64,000 bases of DNA. It comes from Alphaproteobacteria bacterium (GTDB lineage Bacteria > Pseudomonadota > Alphaproteobacteria > Bin95). Under the pieces are notes generated by a model. It searched no databases. It was not told where the DNA came from and worked only from the letters and a program-made list of their open reading frames with translations. Positions 28,962-37,037 of the stretch are shown here, one piece after another; positions within the stretch are counted from its first letter, which is position 1, and each line of letters starts with the position of its first letter. The stretch covers positions 1,440,001 through 1,504,000 of the forward strand of contig CBDBGH010000003.1 in the NCBI GenBank assembly GCA_965205265.1, read 5' to 3'. A program made the translations under genes and the position numbers.

Positions 28962-30106
28962 GACAGCGGCAGGGGCACCGGCCCCTTCTTCCGCGAGGGC
29001 AGCGCGACGGTGGCGGTCCCGAACGCGGAAACCGTGTCCACCTGGTTTCGCGCCTCGACATCGAGGTCCGCCAGCATGGCGCCGCCGGCCTCGCGCTTGC
29101 CCGTCACCCTGCCCCGCCACCGGATCGTGTCGCCGACGAGGTTCGGCCGGCGCACGGATACATTCAGCCGGTGCAGGAAGCCGTGGTCGCCGATCCAGTT
29201 CGTCAGCATGTGCTGCGCCCAGGCGATCCGTTGCGGGCCGACATCGTAGGCCCCGCCCATGCCGACATCGCGGCCGGTGGCGGCTTCGAGATGGCCGCGG
29301 CCGGCCGCGTCCTTGGCGCCCGTTTCCGGGTTGATGTGGTAGTCGTCGTGGCGCCGGCGGTAGCGCACCGCGTCCCCATGCGCCCCGCCATAGGGCATGG
29401 CCCCTTGCGTTGCGGAATACCAGGCGACGATATCGGTGATGGTGAGCGGCCCCTTGACGACCGGCGGCACCGCGTCGCCGACCGATACATCCTCCCAGTA
29501 GAGCGGCTCCGGCCCCCGCCGGGTTTCGGCAAGCACCTCGCGTTCGATCGCGTCCAGTTCCTCCGGCGTGTAGCGGTGCGCGGCGGCGCTTGCTGCCTCT
29601 CCGCCCCGCTCCGCCTTCAGCTGCTCGCCGCGCGGCGTGCGGGCCACCTGGCCGACGGCCTTTGCGACAAGCCGGCCATCGCTCCTGTCCCGGTAGTCCA
29701 CCTCGCCGGTCTGCAGCACCCATCGGGCGAAGCGGCGGCCGGACTTCATCTCCTGGCGCACCAGCCGCGCCTCGACCTCGAAACGGGTATCGAGGCGGAT
29801 GCGGTCGAACCAGGTGAACTCGGTCCCCGCATAGATCCACTGCACGCCGGAGAGCTTGGGCGCAACGATGGTCATGTCCACGGCGTAGAGGATGCAGGGC
29901 GGCGCGACAATGCCGCCCGCGGGCGATGCCCGGGCATAGTCTTCGTCGAGCCAGAGAGGGTTGTCGTCGCCCACGCCCCAGGCGAAATGGCGGATGGCGT
30001 CCCGCGTCGCGGTTTCGATCCATTGCAGCCGGGAGCGGCGCAAGGGCCTGCCGATCAGCGCGGCCGCCTCCGCCAGACGCTCCTCGGTAATCTCCCCCCA
30101 GGCCAC
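28958..30106 (-). CDS. Double hot-dog MaoC/FAS1-like dehydratase
   Basis: DAIRHFAWGVGDDNPLW.D..YA, IVAPP, YWEDV.VGD, GPQR.AW...LTNWIGD. Confidence 0.85.
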   Translation of the reverse strand: MAWGEITEERLAEAAALIGRPLRRSRLQWIETATRDAIRHFAWGVGDDNPLWLDEDYARASPAGGIVAPPCILYAVDMTIVAPKLSGVQWIYAGTEFTWFDRIRLDTRFEVEARLVRQEMKSGRRFARWVLQTGEVDYRDRSDGRLVAKAVGQVARTPRGEQLKAERGGEAASAAAHRYTPEELDAIEREVLAETRRGPEPLYWEDVSVGDAVPPVVKGPLTITDIVAWYSATQGAMPYGGAHGDAVRYRRRHDDYHINPETGAKDAAGRGHLEAATGRDVGMGGAYDVGPQRIAWAQHMLTNWIGDHGFLHRLNVSVRRPNLVGDTIRWRGRVTGKREAGGAMLADLDVEARNQVDTVSAFGTATVALPSRKKGPVPLPLS

Positions 30107-30113
30107 CGGGGCG

Positions 30114-31199
30114 CTACCCGGCGGCGCGGAGCGGCTCGGCCCCCGTTTCCATCCGCTGCAGTTCCGGCAGCACCTCGGCGGCGAAGAGCCGCAGCATGTC
30201 GAGCGTGCGCTCGACGCCGTAATAGGGCGGATAGTGGATCATCAGCGAGGTCGTGCCGACATCGCGGAAGGCCTCGATCTTGCGCAGCACGGTGTCCGGC
30301 GAGCCGTGCAGGATGGTGTCCTTCACCAGATGTTCGTAGGCGAACTGGCTCTCGTCCGCCTTCTCGGTCACGTCACCCAGATAGCGCCCGACCGCGCCGC
30401 TGAGGAACGTCTTCATGTGGTGGGTGATGCCGGCCTCGCTCTCCTCGCGGGCCCTGGCGTCGGTCGGCGCCTCATAGGTCATGCGCACCACGTCCACCTC
30501 GCCGAAGGCCGGGTTGGCGTTGAGCGGGGCCGGCGCCTCGGCCATGTGTTCGCGATAGACGGCGATGTGCTCGCCGATGGTGGCGGCCGACGGCAGCGAG
30601 GACTGCATCAGGCCGAAGCCGTTCCGCGCCGCCATGCGGATCGAGCCCTCCGTGCCGGCGCCCATGTAAAACGGCGGGTGCGGCTTCTGGACGGGCTGCG
30701 GAAAGACCTCGTAGATGTCGTCCATCTCGATCCTGAAATACTTGCCGTCGGCGTTCACGCGCTTCTTGTGGAAGCCGTCGAGGATGAGCGGGATCGCCTC
30801 CGCCTGGATTTCGCGGCGCTCCTCGTAGCTGATGCCGAGGCCCTCGAACTCATAGGGCCGGTAGCCCGAGCCGAGGCCGAGCTGGAAGCGCCCGTTGCTC
30901 AGGATATCGACGAAGGCCGCATTCTCGACGATGCGCATGGGGTGGTGCAGCGGCACCACCATGACGGCGGCGCCCAGCTGGATTTTCGTCGTCTTCGCAG
31001 CCAGATAGGAGAGATAGCTGAACGGGTCCGGCAGGATGCCGTATTTGTTCGAGAAGTGGTGTTCGGCGATCCACACGCTGTCGAAGCCGAGCTCCTCGGC
31101 CTCCAGGATTTCGCGGGTGGTGCGTTCGTGAATGGCCTGGTGCGGATAGGGCTCGGACTTCGGGTCCGGATGCGAGGTGAAGAGAATGCCGACCTTCAT
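30114..31199 (-). CDS. LLM class flavin-dependent monooxygenase (luciferase-like)
   Basis: AEELGFDSVWIAEHH, HPMRIVE, D.LSNGR.QLGLG.GY. Confidence 0.93.
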   Translation of the reverse strand: MKVGILFTSHPDPKSEPYPHQAIHERTTREILEAEELGFDSVWIAEHHFSNKYGILPDPFSYLSYLAAKTTKIQLGAAVMVVPLHHPMRIVENAAFVDILSNGRFQLGLGSGYRPYEFEGLGISYEERREIQAEAIPLILDGFHKKRVNADGKYFRIEMDDIYEVFPQPVQKPHPPFYMGAGTEGSIRMAARNGFGLMQSSLPSAATIGEHIAVYREHMAEAPAPLNANPAFGEVDVVRMTYEAPTDARAREESEAGITHHMKTFLSGAVGRYLGDVTEKADESQFAYEHLVKDTILHGSPDTVLRKIEAFRDVGTTSLMIHYPPYYGVERTLDMLRLFAAEVLPELQRMETGAEPLRAAG

Positions 31200-31301
31200 G
31201 GGACGCAGCGCCTTTCGTGATCCGACTTGTTCGCGAGGCTCCAGCCTAGCAGGATGGCGCGGCTGCTGCACGGGGCCGGCGCACGCCCGGCCCGGCCTGC
31301 C

Positions 31302-31391
31302 GGATGGGTGGCAGAGCGGTTGAATGCACCGGTCTTGAAAACCGGCGTGGGCGCAAGTCCACCGAGGGTTCGAATCCCTCCCCATCCGCCA
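31302..31391 (+). tRNA. tRNA-Ser(TGA)
   Basis: GGATGGG/CCCATCC acceptor stem, anticodon loop CTTGAAA, long variable arm, GGTTCGAATCC, encoded CCA. Confidence 0.97.
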
Positions 31392-31409
31392 CCGGGTTGT
31401 GCGCTTCGG

Positions 31410-31883
31410 TCACGTTTCGGGCGGGTCTATCCGGTTCCTGAAATTCCGCAGGCATTCCGGCAGGCGCTCTGCAAGGACGCGCGCGGACGCAACGGCGATT
31501 CCAGCCCCGTCGAGTCTGAAATCGTCGTAGCTCCGCGTTGCGACATTGCGAAAACGGCGGGTCTCGTCGGCGTGTTCGCAGATGTCCGGCGGCAGGATGG
31601 CTTCCCTCTCCCCGACTGGCCTGCATACCCGGCGCAGAAGGTCCCGGTGCCACGACTCGCCTTGCGGACGCTCTTCGCCGAGAAGGACCAGAATCCTTAC
31701 GAGACCGGATTCCAGAGAGGTGTGGCCGGACTGCATGGCGTGCATCAATGCCATGGACGCCTTGTAGCCCTCGATTCCGCCATCGTCGAAGCCGCCGGCA
31801 TCGAACAACCGGGCAGCGCCTGCAAAATGCGCGCAGGCCGTCTCGAAATCGCCTTCTATTTCAATCCAGCGCGCATCGCTCAT
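31410..31883 (-). CDS. HEPN-domain (HepT/DUF86-like) toxin partner
   Basis: 157 aa, ATGA-coupled to the MNT gene; GESWHRDLL, ETRRFRNVATRSY. Confidence 0.72.
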   Translation of the reverse strand: MSDARWIEIEGDFETACAHFAGAARLFDAGGFDDGGIEGYKASMALMHAMQSGHTSLESGLVRILVLLGEERPQGESWHRDLLRRVCRPVGEREAILPPDICEHADETRRFRNVATRSYDDFRLDGAGIAVASARVLAERLPECLRNFRNRIDPPET

Positions 31884-32212
31884 GCGAGGACCTTCGCGCC
31901 GGGCAATACGCGCTGCAGGAACGTCTCGCTGCACCAGGCCTGATCGACGATGTCGCAGGCAAGGCCCAGTTCGTCGCAAGCATCCTCGGCCGCCCGGATC
32001 GCGGCGGAGATGCTGTGCCTCGGAAAATCCGCGAGAAGATCGACATCGCTGTCCGGACGCATGGCGCCGCGCGCCGCCGAACCGTACAGCCTGTAACAGC
32101 CGCCATGTTGCGCGGCGGTTGCCGCCAGGCAGAGTTCGAGTTGAGCCAGTGCCGCCTTGCGGCGGGCCAGAATGCGCGCCTTGCGTTCCTTCAGCGTGAC
32201 GATGGAAGGCAT
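31880..32212 (-). CDS. Minimal nucleotidyltransferase (MNT) antitoxin
   Basis: LYGSAARG...SDVDLL polymerase-beta NTase motif, third Asp in CDIV. Confidence 0.85.
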   Translation of the reverse strand: MPSIVTLKERKARILARRKAALAQLELCLAATAAQHGGCYRLYGSAARGAMRPDSDVDLLADFPRHSISAAIRAAEDACDELGLACDIVDQAWCSETFLQRVLPGAKVLA

Positions 32213-32317
32213 GAGGCAACTTGTAGCATGGGAGCGCAGAGGCCGGGAGCGCGGAGATGAAGGCTCGTCCGCCCTCGTTAGCCGGTTTCACCGGCGTCAC
32301 GCGGCGGGTGCCTAATC

Positions 32318-32983
32318 CTAAAGCCGCTCGGCAATCAGTGCATCGAGTTCCGGGAATTGACGCCGGATCGCCAAGGCGAGTGCCTCCAGTACGAAAGCAG
32401 GGGTCGCGCCGGGCAGCATGATGGAGCTTTCCAACTCCGCCGGACCGTCCGGGACTTGCAGGTCCAGCATGACCGCCTCGCGGACATTGCCCGATATGTC
32501 GATGCGCCACATTTCCGGCACGCCAAGGCGGCGATAGGCAAGCGGCTTGTCCCCGTCGCCGCTGCTGCGCTCGACCTCGATGACAAGGTCGGGCGGGTTC
32601 TCCAGCGCGAAGGCGTCGTGCTTGTCCTCGTCCAGCGGGTCGATCTCGTCCAGGCGCTCCGCCCTGTCGCCCAGATAGTAGCAGGCGTCGGGCTCGGCCC
32701 CTGTATTCGTAGGGTCTTCCGGCCTGCGCCAGCGCGTCGAGCCCAGCAGCGCAACAGGAACCCCGTTTCTGGCGATGGCGTCCATTACGCGGTCCGTGCC
32801 CCTCGAAAAACGCTCATGCGTCGAGGAGGGGGTCATGAGGTCCACGAAGCCGGTCACCGGATCGATGAATACCCGGCGCGCGAGCAGGTTCCAGTCGAAT
32901 TTCTCCGTAAGCAGAGGCACGGCCTCCGGGTCGAGGCGGAACCGGACATATTCCGAGCCCATGCTGCCCGTCACCCGTTCCAT
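32318..32983 (-). CDS. Uma2/DUF820 family endonuclease
   Basis: MTPS..HE, AEPDACYY, PPDLVIEVE, K..AY..LGVPEMW. Confidence 0.88.
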   Translation of the reverse strand: MERVTGSMGSEYVRFRLDPEAVPLLTEKFDWNLLARRVFIDPVTGFVDLMTPSSTHERFSRGTDRVMDAIARNGVPVALLGSTRWRRPEDPTNTGAEPDACYYLGDRAERLDEIDPLDEDKHDAFALENPPDLVIEVERSSGDGDKPLAYRRLGVPEMWRIDISGNVREAVMLDLQVPDGPAELESSIMLPGATPAFVLEALALAIRRQFPELDALIAERL

Positions 32984-33054
32984 GCCTTGCGTCCTCCGCT
33001 TGTCGGCGCCGGGGCAGTATAGCCGGACCGGGCGAAGCCGTCCCGCTCGGCGTC

Positions 33055-33816
33055 TCACGCATTCGACACGGAATGCCCGCCGTCCACGGCGAGGAGCTGG
33101 CCGGTGATGTAGGCCGAGGCGTCGGAGAGCAGGAAGAGCAGCGGCGCGGCAAGGTCTTCCGGCTGGCCGAGGCGGCCCATCGGCACGCGGCGCATCAGCG
33201 CCTGCCCCGGCGGCGAGGCGAAGAAGGCCTCGTTGAGGTCCGTCAGCACATAGCCGGGCGCCGGCGTGTTGACCCGTACATGCTCGCGCGCAAGCTCCGC
33301 GGCCAGGACGCGCGTCAGGTGATGGAGCCCGGCCTTGGACGCTGCATAGCCGACGGCGCCGCGCCCGGTGCGCAGGCCCAGCAGCGAGCCGATATTGACG
33401 ATGCTGCCGCCCTCCCCACGCGCTACCATCCGCTTCGCGGCCTCCTGCGCCACGAACCAGGCGCCGGTGAGGTTGGTGTCGATGACGCGCCGCCAGTCGT
33501 CTTCCTCCGTCTCCAACAGCCGGCGCGTCACGGCGACGCCGGAATTGTTGACGACGGCGCGGACGGGCCCAAGCGCTTCCTCGGCGGCGTCGAAGCCGGC
33601 CGCCACCCGCTTGCGGTCGGTCACGTCCATGGAAATGACGGCGGCATTGCCGATGCCGGCGGCTGTTTCGGCGAGCGCCTCCATGTCCCGTGCCGCCAGC
33701 GCCACTTGCGCGCCCGCCGCAGCCGCAACCTCGGCGAATCCGCGTCCCAGACCGCGCGATGCGCCCGTCACCAGAACGGTCTTGCCGTCCAGCCGTAGAA
33801 TTCCCGCCATCGACAC
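33055..33816 (-). CDS. SDR family oxidoreductase
   Basis: TGASRGLG, NNSG, YAASK, VDGG. Confidence 0.92.
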   Translation of the reverse strand: MSMAGILRLDGKTVLVTGASRGLGRGFAEVAAAAGAQVALAARDMEALAETAAGIGNAAVISMDVTDRKRVAAGFDAAEEALGPVRAVVNNSGVAVTRRLLETEEDDWRRVIDTNLTGAWFVAQEAAKRMVARGEGGSIVNIGSLLGLRTGRGAVGYAASKAGLHHLTRVLAAELAREHVRVNTPAPGYVLTDLNEAFFASPPGQALMRRVPMGRLGQPEDLAAPLLFLLSDASAYITGQLLAVDGGHSVSNA

Positions 33817-33856
33817 GCTTTCCTCCCTTCGGGGCCGCTCCTATATTGCGGGTCCC

Positions 33857-34489
33857 ATGCTGATCGAGATTTTCTCCGACGTCATCTGCCCCTGGTGCTT
33901 CATCGGGCGCCGGCGCCTCGCCCGCGCCCTGGAGTCCCGGCCCGGCCTGGACCCGGTCATCCGCTGGCGGGCATTTCAGTTAAATCCGGGCATGCCGCCG
34001 GAAGGCATGGCGCGCCAGGACTATCTCGCGCTCAAATTCGGTGCGGAGGGCGGCGGGCCCGCCTATGACCGCATCCGCGAGACCGGACGGTCGGAAGGCA
34101 TCGATTTCCGCTTCGACAGCATAGAGCGCACGCCGAGCACGCTGGCCGCGCACAGGCTCATCCGGGAGTCGGGCGAGCGGCAGACGGCGGTGGTGGATGC
34201 GCTCTTCGACGCCTATTTCCTGAACGGCGAAGACATCGGGGACCCGGGGCAACTGGCGGATATCGCCTCGCGCGCCGGCTGGGACAGATGCGAGGCGGAA
34301 GCCTTTCTGGCCTCGGACGCCGCGAGCCAGGAAGTCCGGCAGGAGGACGCACGCGCGCGCTCGATGGGCATTCAGGGCGTGCCCTGCTTCGTGGTGGACC
34401 GCCGCTACGCCATTTCCGGCGCCCAGGAACCGGAATATTTCGCGCCCCTCTTCGACCTCGTGCAAAACGGCGAAGCCGCTGCCGAGTAG
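33857..34489 (+). CDS. DsbA family oxidoreductase (FrnE-like)
   Basis: SDVICPWCFIG, FQLNP, GIQGVP.F, SGAQ. Confidence 0.93.
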   Translation: MLIEIFSDVICPWCFIGRRRLARALESRPGLDPVIRWRAFQLNPGMPPEGMARQDYLALKFGAEGGGPAYDRIRETGRSEGIDFRFDSIERTPSTLAAHRLIRESGERQTAVVDALFDAYFLNGEDIGDPGQLADIASRAGWDRCEAEAFLASDAASQEVRQEDARARSMGIQGVPCFVVDRRYAISGAQEPEYFAPLFDLVQNGEAAAE

Positions 34490-34541
34490 CCGCCCGGCGG
34501 GACTTTGCCCCGCGCCTGTCCTTACCCCCGAGTCTCTGTTC

Positions 34542-34646
34542 CCTCATCCCGAGTGGCGGCGTCAGCCGTGTGTCGAGGGACGGGCGGGACCGGCGTGAGC
34601 CATCCTTCGATACGCGCCCGCAGGGCGGACGCTACTTGGGATGAGG
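34542..34646. repeat. Degenerate alphaproteobacterial palindromic intergenic repeat (CTCATCC...GGATGAG type)
   Basis: CCTCATCCCGAGT (34542-34554) pairs with ACTTGGGATGAGG (34634-34646); inner TCGAGGGA/TCCTTCGA pair. Confidence 0.65.
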
Positions 34647-34720
34647 CGAGGTCCGGGACGCTGCACAGGGTAGTATTGAGACAATTTGTTCGTAAAATTA
34701 AGAATATTTCTCTATACTAC

Positions 34721-34747
34721 TTGCATTATCAGAAAGTGTGCTATGAT
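34721..34747 (+). promoter_or_regulatory. Putative sigma70 promoter with extended -10
   Basis: TTGCAT-N15-TATGAT with TG at the extended -10 position, in an AT-rich patch; mirrored in the second copy. The spacer is short. Confidence 0.55.
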
Positions 34748-35006
34748 GGGTCCGAGGGAAGCGGCGTCCATGGACCGCTTCCCGCCCGCGCCGGTCCGGT
34801 GCGGCACGACCCCGATCCAGCCGACAGGTGAAGTGTGTCCTGTGCCCGCCTCGCGCGCGGGCAATCAGGCGCGCGAACCGCGCCGCCGCGAAACGCCCGC
34901 CCGCCCGCGCACAGGCGCCCGCGCAGGATGACGCGCGAATAAGGGTCGCTCCGGTGCCGGGGCGGTGTGCCGGATGAACATGAGACGAAACCAAGGAGCC
35001 GCACCC

Positions 35007-35918
35007 ATGCCCGCGCTCGACCCGACCCTCTCCCTCTCCTCCCGCCAGGAAGCCTTCTGCCGCCACTACACAGCCTCCGGCAATGCCGCAGACGCCGCAA
35101 GGCGCGCCGGCTATGCCGAACGCTCCGCAAGGCAGACCGGCTCCGCTCTGCTGGAACGCCCCTGGATCGTCGAGCGGGTGCGGCGCATCCGCATGTCGTG
35201 GCGGCGCACCGAGCGGGACGAGGCGCAGATCGTGCTCGCCCGTCTGGAGCAGGCCTGGGATGCGGCGGTCGCCAGCGGGTCCGCCTACATGATGGTCCGG
35301 ATCGTCCGCTTCCAGGCGGAGATTGCGGGGCTGACGCAGCCCGCCAACCGGGCGGCGCTCTGGTCGATGCCGGAGGAGGACGAGTTCGGGGAGATCGAGG
35401 CCGGCGAGGCGCAGGAGGCCGGCACCGTGCCGGGACCCCTCGCCGAAGCCGTGCGCAATGGCCGTGCCCGCGCCGAGCGCGCCCTTGCCCGCCATTGCGG
35501 GAACAGGGAGGCGATGGAGGCAGGGGAAGGCTTCGACAGAGCCGCCCATGCCATGACCGCCGAACGGCTCATGGCGGCCGTCGAGGAGCGCGAGAGCCTG
35601 CCCGTCTGCTTCGACCCGCCGCCGCCTCCGGCAAACGACCTGCCCCTCGCTGACGACCCGCCCGAAGACACCTACGACCCCGAGCGGTTCCCCGGCGAGT
35701 GGGCCGACGGCGACCGCCCGGGCGAGGAGGAGAGGGCCGAGGGCGCGGAGACCGACTGGCTCTACCAGCGCCGCAACGACTATGCCGAGATCCACGACCC
35801 CTGGTCGCCGGAAAACATCGAACGCCGCCAGGCCGACAGCCTCAACCGGCTCGAGAATGGGCCGCCCTTCAACCCGCCCCGCAACCCCGGTTTCTCACCC
35901 GACCATGACATTTCATGA
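35007..35918 (+). CDS. Orphan terminase small subunit-like protein with long acidic/proline-rich tail
   Basis: RBS AAGGAG; LSSRQEAFCRHY..SGNAADAARRAGYAERSARQTGSALL.RP.I is the Terminase_2-type HTH. Confidence 0.8.
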   Translation: MPALDPTLSLSSRQEAFCRHYTASGNAADAARRAGYAERSARQTGSALLERPWIVERVRRIRMSWRRTERDEAQIVLARLEQAWDAAVASGSAYMMVRIVRFQAEIAGLTQPANRAALWSMPEEDEFGEIEAGEAQEAGTVPGPLAEAVRNGRARAERALARHCGNREAMEAGEGFDRAAHAMTAERLMAAVEERESLPVCFDPPPPPANDLPLADDPPEDTYDPERFPGEWADGDRPGEEERAEGAETDWLYQRRNDYAEIHDPWSPENIERRQADSLNRLENGPPFNPPRNPGFSPDHDIS

Positions 35919-35930
35919 CATCCCATGACA
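35904..35930 (+). repeat. Three CATGACA direct repeats with 10-bp period
   Basis: CATGACA at 35904, 35914, 35924. Confidence 0.9.
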
Positions 35931-35983
35931 CGGCGCGAGAGGGGCGCCGTTGCCCCCATTCACCGCCCCGGCTCGCCTCCGGT

Positions 35984-36943
35984 TCAGGCGAAGGCCTCTT
36001 CCCAGCTGCCGCGGGTTGCGGCCTTGGCGTATTCGGTGGCGCGGTTCTCGAAGAAATTGGCGTGCTCGACGCCGTTCAACATTTCGTCCATCCAGGCGAG
36101 CGGGTTCTCCGCAACGCCGAACGCCGCCTCGAGGCCCAGCTGCTCCAGCCGCCGGTCTGCGATGAAGCGGATGTAGGACTTCACCTCCTCCGCCTCCAGG
36201 CCTTCGACGCCGCCCATTTCGAAAGCGAGGTCGATGAAGGCGTCCTCATGCCCGATCACCGTTCGGCAGGCGTCTGCCAGGTCCCGGCGGAGCTCATCGG
36301 TCCACACTTCGGGATATTCGCCGACAAAGGTTCGGAAGAGACGGATCGCATTCTCGGTATGCAGGGTCTCGTCGCGCGCCGACCAGGCCACGATCTGGCC
36401 CATCCCCTTCATTTTGCCGAAGCGCGGGAAGTTGAGCAGGATGGCGAAGCTCGCGAAAAGCTGGACCCCTTCGGTGAAGGCGCCGAACACGGCGAGGGTG
36501 CGCGCGATGTCTTCTTTCGAATCCGAGCCGAACTGCTTCATGTAGTCGTATTTGTCGCGCATCGCCTTGTAGCGCATGAAGGCCGAATACTCGACTTCCG
36601 GCATGCCGACCGTATCCAGCAAATGGCTGTAGGCGGCGATGTGCACCGTCTCGATATTGGAGAACGCCGCCAGCATCATCTGTATCTCGGTCGGCTCGAA
36701 GACGCGGGCGTAATGCTTCATGTAGCAGTTGTTCACCTCGACATCGGCCTGGGTGAAGAAGCGGAAGATCTGGGTGAGCAGGTTCCGTTCGGCCGGGGTG
36801 AGGATGCGCCGCCAGTCGGTCACGTCGTCGGAGAGCGGCACTTCCTCCGGCAGCCAGTGGATGCGCTGCTGTGTAAGCCAGGCATCGTAAGCCCACGGAT
36901 AGCGGAAGGGCTTGTAGGTCGGGCTCGGGTCGAGAAGCGGCAT
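35984..36943 (-). CDS. nrdB: Ribonucleotide-diphosphate reductase subunit beta
   Basis: HWLPEEV, FFTQAD, ETVH..AY, FTEG..LF.SF, RDE.LH, NFFE.RATEY. Confidence 0.96.
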   Translation of the reverse strand: MPLLDPSPTYKPFRYPWAYDAWLTQQRIHWLPEEVPLSDDVTDWRRILTPAERNLLTQIFRFFTQADVEVNNCYMKHYARVFEPTEIQMMLAAFSNIETVHIAAYSHLLDTVGMPEVEYSAFMRYKAMRDKYDYMKQFGSDSKEDIARTLAVFGAFTEGVQLFASFAILLNFPRFGKMKGMGQIVAWSARDETLHTENAIRLFRTFVGEYPEVWTDELRRDLADACRTVIGHEDAFIDLAFEMGGVEGLEAEEVKSYIRFIADRRLEQLGLEAAFGVAENPLAWMDEMLNGVEHANFFENRATEYAKAATRGSWEEAFA

Positions 36944-37037
36944 GGGTGCGGCACCGATGTTTCAGCCGGACAGTGTATAGCCGGGGAGGCAGCCTTGCTA
37001 TAACGGCGTCACCCGAAAGAGGCACTTGCCCGTCCCC

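Larger units (their letters stand above)
34683..35960 (+). other. Dispersed TerS-associated element, full-length copy (promoter, leader, ORF, CATGACA repeats)
   Basis: Colinear homology at both ends with 48310..48860 on the minus strand; boundaries approximate. Confidence 0.7.

Noticed and set aside
27258-30023. 921-aa CoA-transferase ORF
   Set aside because: The first ~350 codons overlap the dehydratase gene in another frame; a coupled GTG start at 28961 is more plausible.
34683-34720. LexA (GTTC-N7-GTTC) or CtrA (TTAA-N7-TTAA) box in the AT-rich tracts of the two element copies
   Set aside because: Only half-sites found; spacing does not fit in either copy.
31302-35960. Prophage or integrative island at tRNA-Ser including the TerS gene
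   Set aside because: No integrase, no duplicated tRNA 3' end seen, no other phage genes; the intervening SDR and frnE look chromosomal.
35984-36943. nrdB without adjacent nrdA as a phage-derived gene next to TerS
   Set aside because: Split nrdA/nrdB loci are common in Alphaproteobacteria and the codon style matches the host; nothing ties it to the element.
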